Assembly: GCA_021613535.1 (NCBI GenBank)
Contig: CP075496.1
Location: 2,542,001 to 2,606,000, forward strand
Origin: Adineta vaga
Taxonomy: Eukaryota > Animalia > Rotifera
DNA length: 64,000 bases
Direction: 5' to 3'
Under the pieces are notes generated by a model. It was not told where the DNA came from. It did no database searches and saw only the letters and a list, made by a program, of their open reading frames with translations. Each line of letters opens with the position of its first letter. Position 1 is the first letter of the stretch. Positions 54,217 through 64,000 of this stretch are shown piece after piece. The position numbers were made by a program, and so were the translations under genes.

Positions 54217-56491
54217 TTACGAACTACTGCTAATTGGATCACCTTTTCGTTTACTTTCGAGAATCTTTGATATTTGTTGCCATTCACGTTCGATTTTTTG
54301 CTTGTCATCTTTTGGTCCTGCACCACGTCGTGTTTTTCTACCATCATTCATTTTAACACCGTATTGAAAGGCAGCTTTTGGCATCGCTTCTTTCTGACCC
54401 ATATAATCAGAGTATTCTTCTGCGGTATCAAAATCCCATCGACCAACGGGACCTTTCTTTGAACCCATATCCATTTTATCAAAATCTGGTTCATCATCCG
54501 AATCAATATTAACATCTTCTTCAGCCATTGTTCTGTTCCGAAGAGGAAAAACTTAGTTTTTTTTTATAATAATCAATGCAATCTATATAAACTTACCCTG
54601 GGTAACATTCTGCATATGAATCGTCAGAAAATTTTAATTGAAAATCATTTTTAGTTTTCTTATTTGAATTCGACGAAGAATTTCGTTCATCATCCTATAA
54701 AACATACAAGAAATTCATTCAATCGATCTTGAAATAATTCGAATAAACATACATTTTTTGCACTATATTTATTATGAACATTACGTATAAAATTTTTAAC
54801 TGCATCCGCACTACTGCTCGAATCTTTATCAATTTCTTCAGTAGTTGAATTACGATCATTCTAAATGAATATGAGAATAAGTTTTGAAGAAAGAAATTAA
54901 TATACGTACAGATTTTGAATTAGTATGAAAATAGTTCTTCTTTCTATTATCATGTTCAGATTGAGCCTTTTGACGATCACTTGTTGTTGAACGTCGTTTA
55001 GCATCAGGAATATAATCACCGATATCATCATACATACTAATATCTTTAGCTTTACTAGTTATTGTATTCATTGATTCATGTGTTGGTTTAATATTCATTT
55101 CTGGTTCAAATCCACTAGCAAATATGCCAATGCCTTTCTTCTTTTGTTTTTTTAAATCTCGTTTTGAATGACGTAAATAGGAAAGAATTTGAGTTAATTT
55201 ATTGATTACAATATCATTATTACTCATGGTTGTCGTTGTCTACAAATAAAAATCGATCCATTTTCTTTTAAAGATAAAATAAACTTGTTGCTACATACTT
55301 CTGCATTAGGACAATCCGCTTTTGATCGTATTAATGTAGTTGGAATATCATCGACTGAATGTGTACCTTTGTCATTTTCATCATCTTGTTGTTCAGTAGG
55401 ATTTTCTAAATCAATAATGTATGCCATACGATGCGGTGGTAAAAATAATTCATTAACACGACGTGATGATGGACGAAATAAGATTCGAAAAATATTCTTC
55501 GCCATTGGAGATTTGAGACCTAATCGATGTTCTTCTTCCTCTTCTGGTGTTAATGGCGTTGAAGAAGTTGGAGCTGAAGTTTCGGTTGACGATGCTTTTT
55601 TCTTTTCATTATGACTACTAGAACCAATGGGTGTACTAAAATAGAGAAGAATATTATAAAGTCAAATGAAATCTAAAAAGATTTAGATTTTCTGGAAAAA
55701 AAACTCTGTACTTACATTTTAGTTGACGGTTTAGCAAATATATGATCATCATTATTCAATCCTTGTTGATCATTATCGAAATCGTCCTGTCCAATTTCAG
55801 TTCTAACCTAAATGCTTTTGGAAATAATAATTCGATTTGATAAAATAGAAATGATAATACCTTTTGTAATAAAGCATAATCTAGACCTTTGACTAAATGT
55901 GTATGTTCTAAATCTCCACCCAAAAATTTCGATTCATCAATTAATTGTTTTCTTCTAGCTGCAGCATCATAATTGCCTTTGGCATCTGGTGCAACCGCCT
56001 TATAATTTCCTGCTGATGTTGTCTGTTGATTTTGATTTGTTGTTAAACTAATATCAAGTTGATCATCATTAGTGACTAGTTCGCGTCGTTCACGAGCTCG
56101 ATCACGATATTTTTTAGCTCGTTCTTCTTCACGAGCTTTTTCTTCTCGGATCACTTTGGCATAATATTGTTTCTTTTTTTTGCGTTTATCACCTGCTTCA
56201 CTTGTACCTTCTCTATAAGAAACAAAAACTTATGAATTATGTATAAATAATTTTAAAAAACACAAACTTATGACTGGACGTTGACTTCTGTTGAGTAGAT
56301 GATGATGTTCCTTGATGACGTTGTGCAGTTGACGAACCAGGTGCAGCAGGTGTCATCAATAATTTTCGAAAATCATCATTGGTTAATGGATGTCTATAAG
56401 AATAAAAGAAAAGCAATTGAGAAGGACTTTTTCTGGATGAGCGTTACCCAGATTCTGATTCATCGTTTGGTCGATAATTGGCCGGAGCCAT
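54217..56491 (-). CDS. IK: Protein Red / IK (spliceosomal B-complex protein)
   Basis: LTNDDFRKLLMTP, KYRDRARERR, SKFLGGDLEHTHLVKGLDYALLQKV, YAECYPG, KKGPVGRWDFDT, KAAFQYGVKMNDGRKT. Confidence 0.96.
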
Positions 56492-57041
56492 GGGATTTGA
56501 ATAATGTTCATCTCGAAGAAAAATTGCAATAGAACGAAAATAAAGAAGAGAAAACTTCAAATCCTACTTTCAGGCATCGTTGTGTTGTGTTCGATCAATC
56601 ACTGATGATGATGAAAGAAAGAGTCTAAATAATGATGAAAAGTGAATGGATAAACAATAAAACCAATCAAAATCAAGATCGTAAAATGAGTAAAGTATAA
56701 ATATTTTTGATGAATATTATCTATTTGAATCATTGTAAAAAAAACTTCTGATTATACTTTTCATCAATTGCCTAGTTTTCTTTTTCATACGACATCTATA
56801 AATTTAATCCTTCGCCTCATATAAGTTGTCGTTTCATCTACTAATTGAACTTGTCTATTTCATATGACTATTTTTTTAGTTTCTACTTATTTATTTATAA
56901 AGCAATCGTAGTGATATTTACGGGAAAAGATATTTTCTTCACTTATTTCTAGAATAAACGAAAGAAGTAGGATGAGTCATTTACATTTTATTTTTATTTC
57001 TTTGTCACATAGGTAAATTGATTATCACAATCATAAAATAA

Positions 57042-58467
57042 ATGGCTTCTGCTGCCGCGTCTTCAAATTATAGTGCTTCTAGTGGAGCATCAAACTATTC
57101 CACTACAAACACGTATAATGATAGTAACGCTCCAAAATTTGGTGAATATCGATCACGAGTATGACAATAGTTTTATTAGTCGATTGAAAATAAAAAGAAA
57201 TTATATGTAAATTAACATTTCTATAGGTTATGCTCGGTGAACTTCCACAAGAGTTTCTTCGTATTCAACTTGTTCAAGCACAAATTTACGATCCAACAGG
57301 ATATGGCATGAGACAACAAGGTCATGGAGTTGCTCTTCATCCACAACAACTTCAACAAAATCCAAATTTTCTTGGTTATTTTACATTAACTATCGCCGAA
57401 GTAATTTCAAATAAATTCTCTTTCAGATCTAAAACAAAAGATTATTTTATTTTTTTTCCTTAGGCAAAATTGGTTAAAAGTTCTGGTCTATTAGGCTTAA
57501 TTAAAATGGATCCTTATGTTAGTTTTCGTATTGGTCATGTTTCATATGATACACCAACGGCCGCTAACGGTGGAAAAAACCCTCAATGGAAAGCTTCATA
57601 TCGCATGTATGAATTATACGAACGAAAATTCATTTTTATTCATTTGTCTTCTCTATTATAGTAATCTATTTAAAGGAATGGATAGAATACATTTAGAAGT
57701 ATATGATCAAGTAAGTTTAGATATCTTATATGGTTTTTTTTTTAATTTAAATAAGTTTTAGCGTAACTTTACTGAAGATAGTTTTATTGGAGAATGTGAA
57801 ATAGCAATACCACGTGAAGTTATGGAAGGTGAAACACGACAACATTGGTATCCAATAATGGGACGACAAGCAACTGCAAGTGAAATGCAAGGTGATATTT
57901 TGATTATTATGAGTTTTGTGGTAAGTATTTCAATAGGAAAAGATTTTCTTTAAGATGACATCAGAGAACCTTTATTTCAATCTACTATTATTATTAACAT
58001 AGTCTAAAAATAATCAAATGACCTTTGATCAAAATGATCATCACCATTATAATGATGTAGTGCGTACCTCTTTGTTGTATAGTAACATTGTCATCTTCTG
58101 TCTCCACACATTTTCATTCATTTCTAACTCATTTCTATCTTTGTAGACAGTAAGATCACCAAATCAAACTTCATCTGCAAATTCACCTGGTTCTACACCT
58201 GCTGAAACTGCAGCTAATACTGGAAATATTCCGACCAATCCAAATGCATCATCGCACCCAATTTATCTTGGAACTGAACAAGCATCAGCGCAACATTCAC
58301 CATCAGCCATACCAAAACCGCCGCCACCCTCATATTCTCAAGAAGATATTCTAACAATTCACGAAATGTTTCCGAGTGTTGATCGTCATTTTATAACGGA
58401 ATTACTCGATAAACATGGTGGAAACAAAGATCTTGTTGTTAATCATCTTTTACAAAACGTCGCTTAA
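57042..58467 (+). CDS. TOLLIP: Toll-interacting protein (TBD, C2 and CUE domains)
   Basis: VMLGELPQEFLRI, KMDPYVSFRIGH, TPTAANGGKNPQW, CUE domain IHEMFPSVDR...GGNKDLVVNHLLQ. Confidence 0.92.
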
Positions 58468-59061
58468 TTATTTACTGTATTTTTTTTCCTATTTGCAACA
58501 AAAATCAAGCATTAATCGTTACTGACGTGTATGCATGTATATATGCTTTGCTTGTTTTTTTCTTTCTTCTTCTTTTTCAATGCTTTTAACAAAGAGATGA
58601 CAATATATACATATTTCTAATCAAACAAGTACGCCACGCCAATCATACTAATCCTTATTCTAGATGGATATCTTTCTATTAAAAAGGAAATAATCAACAA
58701 TTAATGATAAAAGCGAAAGTGTATTACCAAAACTAAACAAGATTTTTTTTCTCAATTGGTTTGATTTTGTGATGTTTCTTTATCGAAATAAAATATTCTA
58801 TTTTTTTTCAAGGTATAACATTATTTGATTTAAGTAATATTGCTTGTAATAGACAAAGTCGAAACATGTCAAGATTTATTCTTTGATTGTTTTAATCTTT
58901 AATAAACAAGAAAGGGAACAATTCATACTACTCGAATGAAATATACTGTGAATAGATTTTCAATAAAACTGTCATGATGGTTTTTTATGACTTTGTTTAG
59001 AGATTTCTATGTACTTTTTCTTTGTTTCCAGATTGTTTATCTTTGATTCTTTTCAGGCATT

Positions 59062-60027
59062 ATGAGCAGTACGTCATCATCGTCAAATAGAAATCACCAT
59101 AAGACATTTGTATTAGCTAACAGAAATCGTACGCGATTTTCTCCACAAGGTTCTTCACGTTCATTTAATAATCATAAAATTGATTCGAATTCAATTGCTT
59201 TACAAAATTTATCGAAACTTGGTCAACTTGTAGATACTTTAAAATCTTTAAAACGTCTTATATCACATTATTTTGATCAAATATCGAAACAAGGCGAATC
59301 AATATTAGCTGGTGATGTACGACGTGTCTATCGACGTATATTACTTCTTTATGTCAAATATCGTCGACGACAAAATTATGAAAAACGTCGTTTAAAACAA
59401 CCAACAGATAAATCTGACGATGAAGGTGGTGAAGATGGTGAGAGTGATAGTAAACATTTGAATAATCAACATATAGAAACGAATTCAAATTCAATACCAA
59501 CATGGACAATGAAGAAAATCGTTAGTTCACAAAGTTTACCATTTACACGTGCAGGTTTTGATACTGAGCACGATGGAATCGAAGATTTTGATGAAATAGC
59601 TTTAGCTGCAATACGTGATGTTGCAAATGTACAAAATCATTGTATTCGATCGATTCTTACTGATCATCAAATGAAATTACCTGTGTATGGTTTACAAACA
59701 CGTTGGGATAGTGAAATACCAAAACAACATAAACATATTCAATCATCAATCACAACAGCGACATCAACAAATACCAATCGAGTAGAAGTTATTAAAAAAA
59801 TCGGAATTAAACCACCAAATACTTTAACCTATGCATCATCTCTTACTTCGATTTCTACACGTCCTGTTGTACTATCACCAACAACAAGTGATCAAGAATT
59901 ATTCCTCGGTTCATTAGTTCGTCAATTAAATGAACAAACCTGGCAACAACTTCATTCAATATTTGCTAATTTAAATTCTCAATCATCATCGTCACTAGAG
60001 AATTCTCAAGAACAGGTCACAAAATAA
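59062..60027 (+). CDS. Uncharacterised single-exon protein (321 aa)
   Basis: 966-nt open frame with coding-like composition in AT-rich DNA; splice acceptor TTTTCAG five nt before the ATG; no family recognised. Confidence 0.65.
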   Translation: MSSTSSSSNRNHHKTFVLANRNRTRFSPQGSSRSFNNHKIDSNSIALQNLSKLGQLVDTLKSLKRLISHYFDQISKQGESILAGDVRRVYRRILLLYVKYRRRQNYEKRRLKQPTDKSDDEGGEDGESDSKHLNNQHIETNSNSIPTWTMKKIVSSQSLPFTRAGFDTEHDGIEDFDEIALAAIRDVANVQNHCIRSILTDHQMKLPVYGLQTRWDSEIPKQHKHIQSSITTATSTNTNRVEVIKKIGIKPPNTLTYASSLTSISTRPVVLSPTTSDQELFLGSLVRQLNEQTWQQLHSIFANLNSQSSSSLENSQEQVTK

Positions 60028-60246
60028 TATCAAACTTTATCTGTGTGAATTTCTATTTCATCGAAAATGATGTGATATATTTATGAAAACAGAGATTGTC
60101 TCTTTTTTTATAACGAGTTCTATGCAAGTTTTCTTCCGGTTTTTGTTTTTCAAAATTCATATTCAGATATTAGACTTGATTATACAAAAACAATAAACAA
60201 ACACACAAATAAAATATATGTTATTCTATTTGATTGAATATTTTTA

Positions 60247-60306
60247 TTTAGTTTGTAATGAATTGAAAAGTTATTTTTAGTTTGTAATGAATTGAAAAGT
60301 TATTTT
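60247..60306. repeat. 29-bp tandem duplication
   Basis: TTTAGTTTGTAATGAATTGAAAAGTTATT occurs twice head to tail. Confidence 0.9.
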
Positions 60307-60702
60307 TTCGTCTTGTCTACATGTAAAAGAATCATCAACAAGATGTCAGTAGTTAATGAATAATTCTTGTATTTTACTATTCCGATCATTAAATACAAAC
60401 GAAACGATAAAAATTCTTCCTTCTATTCGCTAAAAACGAACCTCATTGGTCATCCATTATTTATACATTTACATATACGAATAAATCTATCTGGATTTGG
60501 AACTTCTAACTTTTCTCCCTTCTCTTTCTCTCTTTTCATTCTGGTATTTTTCTTTTCTATGTAATGCTTAGACATATGTAGAAAGTTTTTTCTTGTCATA
60601 GACGTGCTTAAGTTTTTGAAGCAAAGACTTTCTACTGTTAATGAAAGTAAGAAGTTAAATGACAAAAGATTTTCATTCTTTTTAGACTGACAGATAATTG
60701 AA

Positions 60703-63542
60703 ATGCATGATCGAAATGATACTGCCGAAGTTTGTTTTGATTTTACGATTGATAACGAGCACATCAAAATGTATTTTTCTTTCTTTATTGTATAGACTAT
60801 TGAAATTTGTTTTGAAGTTGGACATAGTTCGACAATTCGTTCGAAACCAACAACAAATCATAATCCACCACGTACTCATGATTGGAAAATCTTTTTACGT
60901 TCAGCGGATATTCATGGCGATTTAAATTGTCTAATACAACGTTGCGTATTTCATCTTCATCCAGAATTTCCAAATCCTATACGAGGTATAATACTTAATT
61001 AGTTTTGATAGTATATGAGTAGAAGATCTTCTTTAGAATTACTGACAACACCATTTGCTATACAAGAAAGTGGTTATGCTGGGTTTTGTTTAGTAAAGTT
61101 TATTTCTTATTTATGATAAATGATATTGGTTTTCTTATAGCCAATTGAAATCTATTTCAAAACAAAGAAAGAACCAAGAAAATTCTTAATTGAATATGAT
61201 CTTGATCTACATCACAATCGTGAAGGACATCCATATCGACAAAAAGAAAGTTATTTACGAAAATATCGTTGTAGTTTCTACGATTCCGATCGTGAATTTC
61301 GTGAAAAATTACTTGCAGCTGGTGGTGTAAGTGTTATTTTTTTTCTATATTACACATAAATATGGAGGCGTACGCTCTTATCAAGGTTTGTTTTTTTCCC
61401 ATATACAAAAAACCTTAGACATTGACGTCATCATGATGTGATTATTACTTTTTTTTCTCTCTTACTAAAAAGTTTGCTTTTGTATTAGGCAAATAAAAGA
61501 ATGGAAAGAAAAACATAGGTCAGCTGTTTAATGTGACTCAGAGTAAAAATAAATTTATATCGTACCAATTTTCAGTTTCTCGTTCTTATTCGAAAAAAAT
61601 TACTTTCCTGAGAAGCATTGACGAAATAATGAGTCAAAAAGTTAAGAAACATCAAACTGTTTGCCGTTTAACTGTTGTTGTAAGAATGGAATTTATTATT
61701 TCTTTTCATTCGAATGTATTTTTCATCTATAGAAAATAGTCGATAGTGGTCCAATATCGTCAAATCATACTGACTTGGATGATAGTAATATGAATGGCGA
61801 ACAAACATCACCACATAACCAAATAATTCGTCATTCTCCACAACAAAAAAGACCAATTTCACCTGTAAATACATCAAATACTGTTAATAAAAAACCTCGA
61901 CTTGAACAACCAACAAATAATAGTAAAAAAAAACCAGTACAATCGGTGATTAAAACTGAAAACTCCGATAAATCAATAGTGAATACGAAAAAACCTAAAT
62001 TAGTAACATCTAAAACATCATCTATATCAGAAGAGAAAATGTTAAAAACTTCGATAACAAAAGAATTAAATCAATCATCAACTGTGAGTGAAAAAAGTAA
62101 AAGTATGATTAAATCTTTTATTTGTTGAAACATTGTTTTTCATTGATCTGATCTCATTTAGAATCATTAATATTAAAACCACGTACATCAGCAATATTAA
62201 CAAAATCTCATTCATTGAATGATATGAAACTTTCTAGTCAATCAATTCCTGTGAATATGAAAAAAAATGAAGTTGTTGTTTCACCATCAAAATCCAAAAC
62301 AGTCATTAATTCACAAACTATATCTAAAAAATCAATCACAAAGAATCCACAAAAGAAAACTTCGATTAAAACAGAACAAATATCAACTTCAATGGTTAAA
62401 TCACCTTCAACTATCGTGATTAAACAAGAATCACTTTCACAACCTTCAACAACTACATCAGTTTCAATCAATACTCTTAAAAAAATACCAAAGAAACTTG
62501 TTTCATCATCAACATCGTTGGCAGAAAAACGTTCACGTTTATCAATGCCATCTGCATCATTAGATCGAAATTCAACTCGAGTAATTAGAAGAAATTAACA
62601 TTTCATATTCTATGTACTCTCTTTTCTATGATTATTTGACAGAAATTAAAAAGACAAGACTCATTATCATCAAAAACGAAACCAAGTTTAAACCGAGAAC
62701 ATTCTTTCTCCTCTCCCAATACTGTTAATAGTAACAACAATAAGCAATCAGAAAAGAAGAAGATTGTTAAAGGTAATTAAAAAGAATTGAAATAATAGAT
62801 ATATTTACAATTTTTTTTTTGACGTATAGATTCTAAATTATCTCAATCTAGCAAATATAATCTCCCTCCATTATCATCAAATCATCGAAAAACGATTCCA
62901 TCTAAATCAACACGTACTCCTTCTCCAGTACTTCATGAAGCTTCAGTAATTTCATTATCATCTCCACCCAGTGACATATCTCAACCATACAGTATTAGTT
63001 CACCTTCTGTTCAAATCTTTCAAAATGAAAATACACCTTTACAATCATCTATCGATATCGATACACAACTATCAGATAAATCCAATTCTCAGGATCAAAC
63101 TCTAATTAAAACAACAACAACAACAACTAATCAGATATGTTATTCTGATCAATCAGAAGATGCGAATGAAAGTGATACTTCACAAAATGATGATGATGAT
63201 GATGATGATAATAATAATAATAATAATGATCAAGATGGTGACGAAGAAGATGCTGATGATGAAGATTTACCTAGTATTCTTACTAATGATGACCTACGAT
63301 ATAAACTTATTTATATTTATAATCGATTTCAATTGAATTCAATTAATGATCTTACCATATTTGTTCGATTTTTTAAACGACATCAATTAATTGACATATC
63401 AACATTATCAATGACAAAAGCATCCGATGAAATGTTTACCTATGATCTATTCTCTCTTAGTCCATCACATATTGGTGAATTAGCTAATGATCTCGGTTAC
63501 ACAACAACAACAACAAGTATTGTTAATTCTTTAGAACAGTGA
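60703..63542 (+). CDS. AF9/ENL-like YEATS-domain transcription elongation factor with C-terminal AHD/ET-like domain
   Basis: [44 protein letters not shown], YDL; long Ser/Lys-rich linker; C-terminal FTYDLFSLS. Confidence 0.88.
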
Positions 63543-64000
63543 AAAAGAAACACAATTACAATGACATCGAATTTTGTTTCTTATTCCTTTTCTTTTCATT
63601 GTGCTATTTTGATAGACTGTCTACTTTATTATGAATTTGTCTTTCAGGCATGTATATAGTTCTGAATTTAACAATGGTATTCGACAGTTAAAGAAGGAGA
63701 CTTTGTCCCATTAGAAATATGTTTACTTTGCTTTCTTTTTTGTTCTATTTATTCTATATAACAAAAGAATAATGAATAGATAATATTATATAAGATTGTC
63801 ACATGAGAAAATCAATTACGAACGAAAAGTTTCAAGGTTTAAAAATTGACTTATAAAACAAGTTTTGAATGAAATCGTTCACACTATAATAACTGCCTAG
63901 CAACATTTGTTTATACATCATAGATTCGAAAGAACTTCTGATAATAGATGAAAAAAACTATTCATCATTCATAAAGTAAAACAAGGCATGAATTTTTTAC

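Noticed and set aside
60247-60306. 29-bp direct repeat as CRISPR-like or mobile element end
   Set aside because: Two adjacent copies with no spacer in a eukaryotic intergenic region: simple slippage duplication.
1-64000. Many 60-120 aa ORFs in the track antisense to or overlapping real exons, or in intergenic DNA
   Set aside because: Shadow frames or intron read-through in AT-rich sequence, with no recognisable motifs.

Overview
AT-rich, gene-dense eukaryotic (animal) genomic DNA with many short (~47-70 nt) GT-AG introns. The gene set, intron sizes and foreign-looking genes that contain introns suggest a bdelloid rotifer (inference, not proven). About 21 protein-coding genes were reconstructed by hand-splicing, in order: neuralized-like E3 ligase, CWC15, REX1-B domain protein, CCT6, a cyanobacterial-type GH13 enzyme, NPHP4, a neuropeptide precursor absent from the ORF track, EPT1/SELENOI-like, CERT1, a divergent Aurora-like kinase, an SLC26 transporter, FGFRL1-like, a fungal-type P2 ATPase, syntaxin-7/12-like, SMNDC1, DLAT, ISCU, a DUF3987-like orphan, an EamA transporter, IK/RED, TOLLIP, a single-exon orphan and an AF9/ENL-like YEATS protein. 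Highlights: (1) an operon-like CWC15-REX1BD-CCT6 cluster with 94- and 42-nt gaps and apparently unpaired splice acceptors; (2) a complete signal-peptide prepropeptide gene releasing RFLPT/YFLKS/YFLNS; (3) a stop-containing cassette (poison) exon in SMNDC1; (4) a P-type ATPase whose ion-binding glutamates in TM4 and TM5 are replaced; (5) two horizontal-transfer candidates that carry introns. Four single-base frameshifts in housekeeping genes suggest assembly errors. No tRNA, rRNA, CRISPR array or intact transposon was recognised. Family assignments come from motif recognition; no database search was run.
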